NCBI GenBank assembly: GCA_037379345.1 | Contig: CM074511.1 | Coordinates: 46,196,862-46,260,861 of the forward strand | Origin: Perna viridis | Lineage: Eukaryota | Direction of reading: 5' to 3' | DNA length: 64,000 nucleotides | Shown here: one piece after another, positions 38,701-50,427 of the stretch | Layout: each line of letters opens with the position of its first letter | How positions within the stretch are numbered: the first letter of the stretch is position 1 | Notes under the pieces: model-generated | Database searches by the model: none | The model's input: only the letters and a program-made list of their open reading frames with translations | What the model was told of the DNA's origin: nothing | Made by a program: the position numbers and the translations under genes

Positions 38701-41700
38701 TTATTGCTGAAGTATATATTTCTCCCATTCTAAGCCTGTAATTAAAAATGCACATGAGGTTTAAACTACCGGGCAGTGGTTCAATTTATGCGAGAGTTTT
38801 CCAGCCAGCTTATATTTCCATGCTTTCTATAGATTTCATGGGAGAAACAGATTCTCCTTCAATACTCCCAGGGATTACAAGCTCATGGGTTGATATCTAC
38901 AATTTAACTATCTCAAGCAGCTAAAATCTTGTAATCCCCTTGAGACTGAGGGAGAATCTTTATATACAAACCTTGTCTTTGTAAAGAGCTGCAGCTTTAG
39001 AGTTATATTTTTCTTGTAGAGTCATGCCAGGATCATAGTCTGGTTGAGATTGAAAGAAATTTTTGGCATTTCTGTTTCCTCCTACTTTCATTTTCTCTAA
39101 TTCTATATCTTTCCATTTATCCATGGACACAGATCTTACAAAGCTACAATTAATTTATTAACATTTAGTTTTACACGCAAGTTTAATCATTGTTCTGTAG
39201 TGCAAATTACATAAGACATGCAAAATTTCAAGTATTTAAATGAAGGACATGAATTATAGTTGTAGTATGATTTATTTAAAATTGTATTTTGTTTTTTAAA
39301 TCATGCTATAACAGATTAATGTCAAGTCTGTTCATAAGTACTCAATAAAAAGTATAATTTTCAAAGAGTATTGATTTACTACAATCTGGCCATTCATGAC
39401 AACTATTTTACCACTGACCCTCATCCAGGGTAAAATAATAAACATAAATTGACAGTCGGTAAATCAATGATAAACTATCTAGTCTCAGTGAAATAGGATG
39501 GTTCAATAAACTTTGACAATTATAGTTTCATTTTCATATTAAAAAAAAAGGAATGATAAAATAACATTGACCTGAAATGTGTTGGAATCATGTGATATAT
39601 ATTTGTGACTGGATCAATAAATTTGACAGAAATTTAATTGAAAAAGACCTAAAATACTTTTCATTTCCAAACCAAAATTGGGGTTAATATTAGAATATAT
39701 ATTTAGCCACTTATCTCAATACAATGATTTCCGATGCTGCATATTAAAATCTATTTACATGTAACTTACATGTGAAAAGAGTGTTTCATATCTCAGTACC
39801 AGTATATAAATTTTGTGTTTAAGCATGTACCTTAGATGCACACCAAGTCCTCTGTGTTTCCCGGAACATTCCAAACAAATCCATATACCATAAGTTACAC
39901 TAACCCACTGCGGATTGTGTCCACCACATTCAAAACATGTCTATAATACAAATAAAATTTAAATGATAGTACAATTGTGCGTAATTAACAATTGTCAATT
40001 TGTCAACATACATATTAGATTAATTCAATATCCGTATTATTATTATTATTTTTTTTAAATCCTTAACAAGTTGTCATGTTTGGTATACCCTGACTCGTAC
40101 AAGAAAGTGATACCTAACAGTCACTAAAACAGCTTATAATGTATGCCCCATCTATATATAGCCACTTACAAAATTTAAAATAAATCGGGAGTCCAGATAA
40201 TTGTGACGAAATTCTAACAGATGGAATGATAGACAAGCAAACTAAAAACTCATTGAGTGTGATTATAGCAAGACATTATTTTCTAAGATGGTAACCCTAT
40301 ACTTGGGCTAGTAATTTCTGCTTAGTACAGTTCCTCATGCACTTCTTTTTTATATTGCTTGCTGACTGTCAAAATTTCACTGACATATATAGCCTACTTC
40401 GTATTTTTGACATGCCCTATTTCATTTTATGTAAAATACATTCCCAAAAATCCCCACATAATTTTGATGCAGAATACCCTAAGGCACATTCAAACCAAAA
40501 TTGGTTCAAATTGGTTGAGTAATTAGTAACAGCGGCCAAGTTTTCTGATGGGTCAAAAATCCAAAACTCATTTCTATGCAGGATACCCAAAGGAACATTC
40601 ATACCAAGTTTGATTCCAATTGGTCAAGTAGTTTCAGAGAAGAAGAATTTTGAAAAATTGTTAATGACAATGACAGATGCCAAATTATGACAATAGCTCA
40701 CATGGCCTTTGGCCTGGTGAGCTAAAAAGGAGTTGACTGAGGTTTTCAGATGAAAAAAACATCTTACATTTTTGTAAAAAAAAAAACATTTCAACCTGAT
40801 AAACTTTAGTAACCAAATAACATCACAAATTGAGCTTTACAAAACATTTACTCAGCATACAAGCTTAACCTTTTTACCAAAATTGTCAATGAAATACCAG
40901 GGAGTTTATATAACTATTAGTATAATAATAGTCCCTGGAATCACTTAAATCATTACAGGGATTTTTTTTATTTATGTGAAGCCAAGAATATATAAGCTCA
41001 TCTTCAAAAATGTGCACTAATTTTGAGATTCATAATCCATAAATGCTCCATGATATGAGTGTAATGATGTGTTGATCAATCAAGTGACACTCTACATCAT
41101 GATCTATTGAAGCCATGAAAGAGTCAAAAATACAACCTAGAAAAAATATTTCAAAGATACAGGATAGGTAAGATTTTTTTTGCCAATGTGACTATGGCCC
41201 CTTACTTGCATGACCATATGAATGGGCCATTTTAATTGATGATAAATCATTTCAATAAAGCAATGGGCCAATATAAATCACTTAAACGAATGAACCATAT
41301 GGGTCAAACACTGGACCAATATGTAACATTTTGTAAAGGGTTAATGAAATAAGCACTGTGACACATTTGATTTTAATTAACATTATTAACTTTGAACAAT
41401 ATCTGTAACATGAATTCACAATTTCGATTCAAATGACAGTGACAGTGAGTTACTTTATCAAGTCAAAAAAGCAAGAATCTATGTAGAAATATTAAACGTC
41501 CTCCTTTTTAACAGTCTGTTTTTAGCAAATTTCCGCCTACTTAAACCAGCATCCTTGCATGATTGTTTTGCTTGAAAATGTAGCCTTTGTTGTCCTGTTT
41601 CCAACTTCAGTCATATTTCAGGTGTCATTTTTTTTCAAATTTTGCACCTTTACAAACTTTATTTGAACTAAAAACCGAAAACAATAGAGAATAGACAAGC

Positions 41701-44700
41701 ACTTGTATACAAACATTGTATTCTATATTGGTCCTAGAATACTTCTAGTATATTTTTAAACTATGCCTTCTGGTTATTGTTGGTCTAATTGGTATTAAGC
41801 TTTTGCTATCGAGTTTGTCAGTGTTATTTATTATCCTATATGTTTCCACAATATCTGATCTTAACCTATGGTATTGAAGTAATGGCAAACCTAGATACTT
41901 AAATCTCTCACTATAGCTCAGGTGTTGCATATTTTTAATTAGTTTTGTTGCCCTTCTTTGGGCATTTTCAATTTTCTTTTTTATAAATGACTGACCATAC
42001 GTTACTCCCATATTCTAGATGTAGACGTACAATACTTTTGTAAAGGTTGAGAAATATTTCCTTGTCCATATATGTGAAGCTTCCTTCAATCATCCCTATT
42101 TGCTGGTTTGCTTTCTTAGTTGATTCGTTAATATGTTGCTGAAAGGTTTTCGTCAACAATAATTCCCAGGTATTTTTCTTCCTTGGACTTGGATATTACC
42201 TCACCTTCCATTGTGTACTCTATATTGGTTGGAGGGCCGAAGTGTACGTGTTTACATTTTGTTGGGTTGAATTTAATAGCCAGTCATTGGACCATTTCAC
42301 AAGACTATCAATATCTCCTTGTAAGGTTTGACCTTCTCCAGCATTGTTAACTACTGCATACAATTTGGTGCAGTCTGCAAAAAGTTTTGCAACATTTTTA
42401 ACTACATCAGGTAGGTCATTTATATAGATGGAAAACAGGATTGGTCCCAGATCATTTCCTTGAGGTAAACCACTAGTGACTTGTGACCATTCTGAGTGGC
42501 TTCCATTTAGAACTACTTTTAGTTTTTTGTTGATAAAAACAATTTTTATCCACCCCAATAGATTCCCAATGATACCATAACTTTCTAACTTTCTTATGAA
42601 CCGTTTATGTGGCACTGTGTCAAATGCCTTTTGAAAATCCAAATAAATTGTATTTATTGCATGTGAGCTGTCCAGTTTTTCTGTCCATTCATCAAGTACC
42701 TCTATTAGTTGAGTAATGCAGGACATGCCATTCCTGAAGCCATGTTGATGGTCAGTAAAGAGATTGTTACTCTCCATGTATTCCATTAGTTCGTCTCTCA
42801 CAAATATTTACCATGGTTGTGCAGATTACAGAAGTCAAATTAACTGGATGGTAGTTTGATACTGTACTTTTCGAGCCCTTTTTTGTGGATAGGAGACACA
42901 TTTGCCATTCTCCAACTAGCGGGTATTTTCATAGTTGCTACTGACTTAGCAAATATTAGGTTGAGGGGTTCTGCTAGATTCCTAGCTGTCACTTTCAGAT
43001 ATTTTGGATGTAATTGGTCTTGGAGATTTGGATTCCTTCATTCTTTTTAGGTGATCTTGGATTTTATATTGAATATTATGCTATCGATTCTCTGGTCAGT
43101 TCTATTGGGGAATGGTGGTACCACTTGTTCCGTATCTTCATTTGTAAATACACTTTTAAAAGAACTGTTAAGAAACTCTGCCTCTTCTTGGTCATTCGTG
43201 TGTAGTTCTAAGCTTTGTTATTACTGACTCTTTTGCTTCCTCGTTCATCCAAGGAGTATCGAAAGATAATGGTCTAGATTTGCGCTCTGGTATGTTTTCT
43301 TTGTAAGTATTTGATATTTTATTGGCAAATCCATCCCAAATTTTATCAATATCTCCATTTGCCAGTTCTAAATCCCAGTTCCTATCTGCTAATTGGTTGT
43401 TTATAGCATCATAGTTGCTTTTGAAAAAACATACATGTAGCTTATCTTTTTTTGGTAATACTTTGGTAATTTCAAAGTTAAATTCAAATTGTAGTGCTTC
43501 ATGGTCGATGTTTCCTCAGGGAGTGTTGTGTATTATTTGATCAATCATAACTTCTTCATTTGTGAATATAAGATCTAGCAGGCTAGGTTGGTTATCTGAT
43601 CTAAATCTGGTTGGTTCTCTTACATGCTGATACAAGTATGTGTCCATTACAGTTTCCAGAAATTCAGTAGCTGTATGTTCTAGCCCCACGCTGGTTCTGT
43701 TATTTTTCCAGTCAATATCTTTGAAACTGAAATCTCCTAAATGCAGCACGTAGTTATAGTTAGTATTCATTATTTTCGACATCTCCAGAATTGTCGAGAG
43801 TTCTTCAATGCAATCTGGATTTAGTGTGCTGGGACTTCGATATATGCATGTAATTAATAGCTTGATTCTTAGTGTTCCAATTATTCCATCCTGTACATAT
43901 TCAACAAATTTGTTTGATCTAGTTTCTATTTGGTAGGCTTGCAACTCTTCTTTGGCATAAATAAGGCAACCTCTTCCTGTACATATGTTTTTTGGTGACA
44001 AGATCATGTCATATTCGTTTATTTTCCATTCATTTGCATCAACATTTGAGTCAAATTGGTTTTTTGGCATCATCTCTGTGATACATACATATCACATCGA
44101 ATTTTTCTGTTGTATTTAGTGCAATTAGTTCATCCATTTTATCATTAAAACCATCAACATTACAGTATATAATCTTTAAGTGCCCTTTATTTACAGTGCT
44201 TGTTAAAATGTTAAAACTGTTTGTCTATGATTAGCTCGTGCCTGGTATCGGACTTGTTACTTCTCTTGTTTGTCCCACATCAAAACCACCAATAATAGTG
44301 TGGTCTCCTAAAGTGGATTCTGATAAGAGACCCATATTGTTCAGGAGTGCGAGGATGTCCTGTGATTGTGAGTATTGTCCATTTGTAATAATAATCTCAT
44401 CAATATAAGCATTCGGTGTTGGCCATTCTTCTGCCATTGCATGTGTTAGGTCAGTAAAAGGAGTTGTTTCTCTGTGATCATCTCTTACGTTCCTTTTTAA
44501 TCTATTTTGGGGGTCACCTTGGCCTCTTGCTCCTGCTCTTTTCTTTTTGTTCGTGGCTCTTTGTTGTACTGTCAGGTCCTTGGCAATGACACATCTTGCC
44601 AAATAATGGGTTTCAGGAATATTTTTTTAAGTTTATTAGCATTGTCTAATATATCTTTCCTTTGTTTTTTGTTGTTGATGGTCTCGGGCTGTTGCTTGTT

Positions 44701-47700
44701 TTATCACCCAATCTAAAGTTTGTCTTAATATCAGGAAACTCAACATTGAGGAATGTGCAAAGGTCTGTTACCATTTTAACATCATAGTCTTTACACATTT
44801 GGCTTTGTTCATTACAGCTTTCTGGAACATTGAAAAGAATGAGGTTCATAGTGCCTATTATCTGGTCCTCAATATCTCTTATTTCTTTTTTTACATCGTC
44901 TTGCAATATATTTTTTACTTCCCCTTTTATTGTTTCTATGAGAGAAGATTTTATACAAGTTATTTCTTCTTGTACTTTTTCTTTGATCACGCTACCAATT
45001 GTACCCATTTTATATTCTATTGTGTTAGTTGTTTCTTCTATCGATTTAAGTTGCTGTTTCATACCTGTTAAACTAGGGAAATTTTGTTTTGCAGCCATTG
45101 CAAGTCCACATAAACTTTTGTGTTTGATCCTCTTTAAGGGCCATAACCAATACTGTGGATACATCTGTGCATTCTACACAGTAGCAAAGCTCACATATAT
45201 TACAGGTAAGTTTATCTTCGCACCCATCTAAGCTTTTGTCACATCTTGGACAGGAATTACTTCCCAGTCTTGCCCTTTTATCTATATGAGAAGTTGTTAT
45301 TGGTGTGAAACAGTTATAAGGTACATCCTTTATATTAAATTCAGTCATGTTTAAAGCTGTCCTTGTTTAATTTTCAATAAGTTGTACTTTGTTGGTTAGG
45401 AGACAAAGCTTCATTGTTCCACATCTAGTCACTTTTTTTAGTCCTTTTTTTTTTGCTTACAAGGCTGTCCTTGTTTTCGTTTTTGTAGTACTATAAGTAT
45501 AATTGGTTGGAAACAAGGCTCCTTGCTTTGCTTATAAACGGAATGAACAAGGCTGTCCTTCTTTTTACTATGTTTATTAATGACTGGCTATAGTTATTCT
45601 TTAGGTGGAAACAAACTTCTTTGCTTCAATTTACCTTATGGCTGTCCTTGTAGCTTTTTTTGCTATATTTTGATTATATGGAGACAAAGATTATTTGTTT
45701 CACTTTTTAATTATAATGTTAACTAGTCTGCCCTGTCTTCAGTATCAAGTTTTAATTAATTCTTTTCCCACTTAGGAAAGCAGAGCTTCTCCATTTCACA
45801 GTTTATGATTACCACTTACTTGGTTTCTTCTCTCAAAACAGTCTGTTTTAAAAGATAATTCCACAAGCAGTCTTGCGTATACACACAGATCGCAAATTTA
45901 AGTCAACACTTCAATAACGCATGTACAGTACACAAATATATCTACACAAAATCTAGCATCTACTTATCACCTCTAGTTATTTGTATTAGGTAATGCTATT
46001 ATTGGTCAATAACCAGATATAGTTTTGTTAAAATGGGAACAAAGCTTCTTTGCTTCTCCATTTCAGTTTGTGATTACCACTTAGATGATTTCTTCACATG
46101 AACTTGTCTATTCTATTTTAAATGCTTATCCCAAAGCAGTCTTTCATATACACATTGAAGACAATTTAATCAATCAATAACACAATGGAAATTTTAATTC
46201 AAATAACGCATATACAGTTCAAATATCTACACAAGATAGCTATGCTTGATTAGTGGTAGTCTACTCTTTTTCTGCCCCTTTCAGTTTTTCTGGTCTCTGA
46301 CCTTGGGTACAGGGTGTCTAGCCTTAAAGCTACTTTGATAATTTTGTTGGCCCAGTGTTTTGAAAGTGGTCTGGACGGGTAAATACCGTTGTGGTATAAG
46401 TTATAGTTATAGTTTTTACTGTATTTTACTCTTTTGCAACAACGGGTTTTGTGGGATGCTATTACATCTTAGGAAAGTCTTAGAGTTATATTGTTAAGCT
46501 TCCTTATTTCTTTGTTGTAGTAATCTACCGCCTTACTGAGTTCCTTTTTCCTCAGACACTGGTTTTTGTTTAATGTTGTATTGTTATTTTCGTCACCAAT
46601 TTTCACTTGTACATGTATCTCTCATGGACTCGATTCACAATTGTTTCCTGGAATCTGAACAAGGCTTCCTTGTTCCTCAGACTTATCTTGAAGGTTGTGA
46701 GGGTTCTTAATCAAATTGTACTTTGAGGAGGAGTAGTAGGGACACTCAATAAATGCTATTTTTGCATTTTTGTTCACATTTAGTATCTTATTTTTAAAGG
46801 TCCTAGCATCAATAATGTGTTTTTGTAAGGTCTATCCCTAATATTATTTATACTTCTTTCTTTCTTCGTGAGTTCACAGGTTCCTAACCACAGAATTATA
46901 TTGGGGTTAATTCTGTCCTTAATTTCAAAATAACTTGACTCAGTAGGCCCAGTGATTTTTCTAGCTCTTGTTATTTTCGTCAATGACAAAAGACTTTTAG
47001 GAATGACAAAAATAATCAAGTCTCATTTCGTCACTTGAAATCTTTGAAAGTCAAAAAAAAACATTAAGAGCTGCAAGCCCAACATTGGTTCAAGTGGTAA
47101 AAGTGACACAATTTTGTTATCCCAACCTAATTACAACTCTCAACAGGTGTCAAAATTTTGTGTTAACAATCACCTAATTTGCCAATTACACTGATCATGC
47201 ATGTGAAGTAAATGTCGATCTCTTGACCACTCAAGCATGAAAGTTCAAATGCCGGTAAAAATTGTTGCTGGGAAAATTCTTTTACTTCTCATTAACTTTG
47301 TATCAAAATGGCATAAGAAGTTATTTATCATTCATTTTTGTACATAAAACTTCAGTGTAAACCAAATGTGGGCAATTTTGTCACTACCTTGTCACACTTT
47401 TTACGATCTTAAAAATATAATTTATGCTATCAATGAATTCCTGAGGGACCAATACTGAATTTATTAACTGAAAAATAAAGACATGAATTTACCATTAACT
47501 TGGTCTGGATCCCATAAGCACAGTTGATAATTTTGCTAAAAAATAGAATCTCATGAGACAACAATAGGGAAATACCTATTAGAAAATATTTATATCTGTC
47601 CAATGTACATGTAGCACTGGTGCATGATAAGGCAGTTCTATATCTACACGGTGCTAGATGTATTACTGTGTTTCTATAATGTGTGGCAGTGAAGAAAACA

Positions 47701-48992
47701 GCATTTTTATTATATGAAATACATTTATAATTATGCCAGGGATGTGTGCCCCTGATTAATGTATAAGAGTGTAAAGGGATTTCTATTTTTGATTATTCTT
47801 GAAAGCTGGGGAGTTTCTTTTTTAATTAAATCTCTGGCATGCTATTTGGATTCTCTGCAAAACACGCTTGCATGACAGCGGAAGAAAATTATGTACTTTA
47901 TTCATATGCAATGTACATGTACATTTAAGTATTATTTCATGTCTTCACACTTTATCAAAACATTATACTTGGTAATCCCATGCTATTTTCCTGTATTCTT
48001 TTTCAATTTTTAATAGCAAATGTCATAATGTTTATACTCCATACAAACTTTTGTGAGTTTGATCAAGATTCATCGTTCAAAGATGGAGACAGATTTGGAA
48101 AAAGTTTAAAACTTGAACCACTCACAAATATATAGATGCAATATGAAAATTCAGGCACCAATACATAATAATTCCAATATTACATAATACTACTAGTTGA
48201 TGCTTGAAAACAGAATAAAACATGATAATTGAAACAGATTTAGTTTTTCTTTCACAACTAGAAAAATGTGCACAACCACAACCGGAAGTTTCTGTTATCC
48301 ACAGAAATGTTAACAAATAAATAAGACGTTGAAAATGGACTTTTCACAATTGTGTAATATTAATCTTTTTCCCAATGGAAGAGTTCATGGCAGAATTTAC
48401 AAGAGGTGCACTAGGGTGCAAACATACTTGACTTAAATGTGCCATAATGACTTTCAATGCACAAATGGGCATGGCATGTAGCTTTCCCAATCCCTGATGT
48501 TATTAGATCATAATTAGTTGCTTCTGATTGAAGTGATCGTCATGAAACTTTACACATCAAACCCAGAACCATTTGGCTGATAATATACAAATATTTGGAA
48601 TGTATGTTACAGCTAGTTGAAATAGACCAGTTTCAATTTCAATACAAATCTAGGTAGGCTACCAAGTAGTTTAAATACCTCTCTATATAGGTAGAAATCT
48701 GCCTTACATTATACCATTACCATTGTGTCTTACTTAATAATTACCAATGAACAGTAACACGTCTACTTCATTTCAAAAGGAACTTAGTACTTTATACTTA
48801 GCTTGAACTTAAGGCTATACTTTCTAATATCAACAACATATATCAGGCAATAATGGACGTACGCAGTAGTACAACTAGTTGAAAAACATTATGGTGTGAT
48901 AATTTTTAACAATTGAAATGTTCAATTCATACATTATTGTCATCTTTCAGCCTTAAATCTTTCATAACACGCCTGGTTCTTGGACTAGCCAT
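20735..48992 (-). CDS. ARFGAP1: ADP-ribosylation factor GTPase-activating protein 1, complete multi-exon CDS
   Basis: Minus-strand GT-AG exons: 48933-48992 ([20 protein letters not shown]), 39831-39940 ([36 protein letters not shown], ArfGAP C4 zinc finger), 38972-39143 ([10 protein letters not shown]...), 37776-37969, 37191-37259, 36679-36784 ([12 protein letters not shown]), 36248-36304 ([17 protein letters not shown]-like), 26317-26406, 25689-25748 and/or 24557-24616, 21952-22085, 20735-21245 (acidic Trp-rich tail, TGA). All phases are consistent. Confidence 0.96.
21412..21571. repeat. Near-perfect 160-bp palindrome
   Basis: GAAATAAATCAC...TTTTATCATTGTTTTACCATGGGCTGGCC pairs with GGCCAGCCCGTGGTAATACAATGATAAAA...GTGATTTATTTC. 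Confidence 0.85.
22321..23735 (-). mobile_element. Composite of HINE-like copies (reverse orientation)
   Basis: AACAAGAGGCTCCCAGGAGCCT...GCTCACC at 22321; CAGGTGAGCTAAAAA near 23404-23418; a second 5' end CAGGTGAGCT at 23721; reverse complement of the 6045-8317 family. Confidence 0.8.
24230..24401. mobile_element. Degenerate MITE-like repeat
   Basis: Repeated GGCACCCTTCCTTTT; 3' end CCGGATCTGCCTCTG with a weak inverted match at the 5' end. Confidence 0.4.
24557..24616 (-). CDS. ARFGAP1: ARFGAP1 duplicated exon, copy B ([20 protein letters not shown])
   Basis: 60 nt, phase 0-0, flanked by ttttag and gtatgg; paralogous to copy A. Confidence 0.85.
25689..25748 (-). CDS. ARFGAP1: ARFGAP1 duplicated exon, copy A ([20 protein letters not shown])
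   Basis: 60 nt, phase 0-0, flanked by tag and gtaagt. Confidence 0.85.
27700..28300 (-). mobile_element. Second dispersed repeat family copy (reverse orientation)
   Basis: Two internal units GAACAATTCACC.AAGTTTC.TAAA.GTT.GTGAAAG.G.TTTTGAGTTATTGT; GACAGACGGAC microsatellite near its 5' end. Confidence 0.6.
34016..34202 (-). mobile_element. Short, internally deleted HINE-like copy
   Basis: AGAGGCTCTAAAGAG hairpin remnant; CCAAGTGATGGCAACAGCTCATATGGCC...GGTGGGCTAAAAA. Confidence 0.6.
38045..38400 (+). mobile_element. Penelope-like retroelement fragment (RT C-terminal region) with adjoining repeat tail
   Basis: Translates with a frameshift and a stop to [13 protein letters not shown] / [16 protein letters not shown]...RLLNQGY, matching the PLE-type NIPxxPAYGVYISQLIRYARA...LLxQGY block. 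Confidence 0.7.
38849..38959. repeat. Inverted repeat next to the ARFGAP1 exon 3 donor
   Basis: AGATTCTCCTTCAATACTCCCAGGGATTACAAG pairs with CTTGTAATCCCCTTGAGACTGAGGGAGAATCT. Confidence 0.7.
40440..40727 (-). mobile_element. Partial HINE-like copy
   Basis: ATACCAAGTTTGATTCCAATTGGTCAAG...AATAGCTCACATGGCCTTTGGCCTGGTGAGCTAAAAA. Confidence 0.7.
41745..44190 (-). pseudogene. CR1 ORF2 remnant (apurinic endonuclease + reverse transcriptase)
   Basis: APE motifs [46 protein letters not shown] motifs [39 protein letters not shown] (mutated FADD). Multiple frameshifts and stops. Confidence 0.92.
44231..45348 (-). pseudogene. CR1 ORF1 remnant (PHD finger, coiled coil, RRM-like)
   Basis: CPRC...[12 protein letters not shown]...WTCNGC PHD-like pattern in 45073-45348; coiled coil and [10 protein letters not shown] in 44646-45164; [10 protein letters not shown] in 44231-44602; frameshifted. 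Confidence 0.8.
45354..45700 (-). repeat. Diverged ~90-105-bp repeats upstream of CR1 ORF1
   Basis: (G)GCTGTCCTT...GGA(A/G)ACAAAG recurs at about 45354, 45461, 45549 and 45638. Confidence 0.65.
45780..46240. repeat. Diverged direct duplication (~265-bp period)
   Basis: GCTTCTCCATTTCA...TGATTACCACTTA and AATAACGCAT...TATCTACACAA each occur twice (about 45786 and 46052). Confidence 0.65.
46300..47065 (-). pseudogene. SGNH/GDSL esterase-like ORF remnant upstream of CR1 ORF1
   Basis: Fragments across frames: [35 protein letters not shown]...LSKHWANKI (degenerate DGxHP-like block). Confidence 0.55.
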
Positions 48993-49264
48993 CGCTATCA
49001 CTTCAGGAGTACTCTACCGACTTCCTTATGCTGATCTTTCACTGAATTTCAATATATTACAACCACTCGTGAACTTGTGAGTTGTCAATTTTTGACTGAC
49101 GTAAATGTCAAGAAGTTTCGAATTTGACGAATTATATTTTTAACGCATAATACATTAAATATGTTTTAAAAACATTCTTAAAAATATATAGATGTATTTC
49201 TAACGATTTTTAATTCGCTCTTAAGGCGATAATTTGAATATACTTTACGAAACTTCCATAAGAA

Positions 49265-49494
49265 GTCTCATTAATTAACAACAAAAGGTAATAGAGAGCG
49301 TCAAAACTCATCAAAAAGTTTAGACAAAGCCATTCATCAGCAGCATTAAAAAATCATTCAAGAAATTAAGTCTAAATTCTGAATATAACAAATATGCTGA
49401 TATGAATTAAAAAGATTAATAGGTAAAAAAGTGAAAATATCGATGTAGTTTTTCTAGACTTTTCTTAACACTTTTTGTTGTTAATTAATGAGAC
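49265..49494. mobile_element. Small inverted-repeat element (MITE-like)
   Basis: GTCTCATTAATTAACAACAAAA at 49265 pairs with TTTTGTTGTTAATTAATGAGAC ending at 49494; imperfect pairing extends about 50 bp. Confidence 0.6.
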
Positions 49495-49514
49495 CGTCGA
49501 TAAATAAAATAGCG

Positions 49515-50344
49515 GGTTCCGGGTCGTTTCGCCCTTTTTTCCCTTCACCCTGGGTTCTTTCGCCCTGAGTTGTTTCGCCCTTTATGTGAGTTGTTTCGCC
49601 CTTTATGGTGGGTCGTTTCGCCCTTTCCTTATTAATGAGGAATTTCTCCTTATAAATATTATTTACTACTATTTTAGCCTTCGTTCTCGATTTATTTATT
49701 TATTTATTTATTTATCTGTTTATTTATTTATTTATTTAGAGAAAAAAAAAGATCGAAGATTTTGCTCTCTCTCGCTTTTATAATTCCCATGATCATGTTG
49801 TATTTTTAACCCTGTCATTTACTATGTAAACAGTTTGTTGTAACAATGTGCTAGTAATTGTGCTCTTATACTCATGAATTATTTAAATAAATGTTCAGGA
49901 CTTATATTAATCTCTTCTGTCATCACCATATATCACATTTATTCTCGAGGCCCTGCCGAAAAAGATATATAATGACATAATTGGTTATCAATATCTTCCA
50001 ATTTTCTCATTTCTCAATAAATATCTCTTGTGACATTGCCTCAGAATCAGCAACTGATGGGCTTTATCTGAAAGAAAAAGGAATACCAGTACAAGTATCT
50101 ATCAATTTAACAATTAGATCAACCCCTACTATACAAACATTCAAGTTTTTTTCACAGAATAAACATGTATTCTTACCTGTCACAACACAAGCCAATTAAA
50201 CACATGTATATCCAATGAGGGCGAAACGACCCTACAATAAGGGCGAAACGACCCTGCAGTAAGGGCGAAACAACCCGGACGAACGGGATAAAGGGCGAAA
50301 CAACGAGAGGGCGAAGGGGGAAAAGGGCGAAACGACCCGACGCC
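49515..50344. mobile_element. Foldback-type MITE (Mutator/Rehavkus-like) with subterminal tandem motifs
   Basis: About 110-125-bp terminal inverted arms built from repeated GTCGTTTCGCCCT / AGGGCGAAACGAC; GG...CC termini; 8-bp target duplication AAATAGCG (49507-49514) vs AAATGGCG (50345-50352); AT-rich non-coding interior. Confidence 0.8.
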
Positions 50345-50427
50345 AAATGGCGGCGCCCATGAAATTGTTTTGAAAAATCTGATACAGATTGAAAGATACA
50401 ATTTTTTCATAATATAAATGAAAAACT

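Larger units (their letters stand above)
41725..45700 (-). mobile_element. Decayed CR1-clade non-LTR retrotransposon in ARFGAP1 intron 1
   Basis: Frameshifted ORF1 (PHD finger, coiled coil, [19 protein letters not shown]) and ORF2 (APE then RT, C-terminal TRRHSLKIY) in the standard order; 3' tail not visible. Confidence 0.9.
48993..50427. promoter_or_regulatory. Bidirectional (head-to-head) promoter region of ARFGAP1 and TAF2
   Basis: Divergent ATGs about 1.4 kb apart; locally CpG-richer than the introns; YY1-like AAATGGCGGC at 50345-50354; CRE-like TGACGTAA at 49097-49104. Confidence 0.7.

Noticed and set aside
42220-42801. RT ORF as an active or domesticated gene, or a retron-like system
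   Set aside because: The catalytic FADD is mutated to FADC and the flanks are frameshifted; it is an ordinary decayed CR1 ORF2.
44799-45231. Hydrophobic + strand ORFs
   Set aside because: Antisense shadows of the A-rich LINE ORF1.
49586-50410. ORFs in the promoter MITE
   Set aside because: They are translations of the tandem terminal motifs and AT-rich filler, with no transposase signature.
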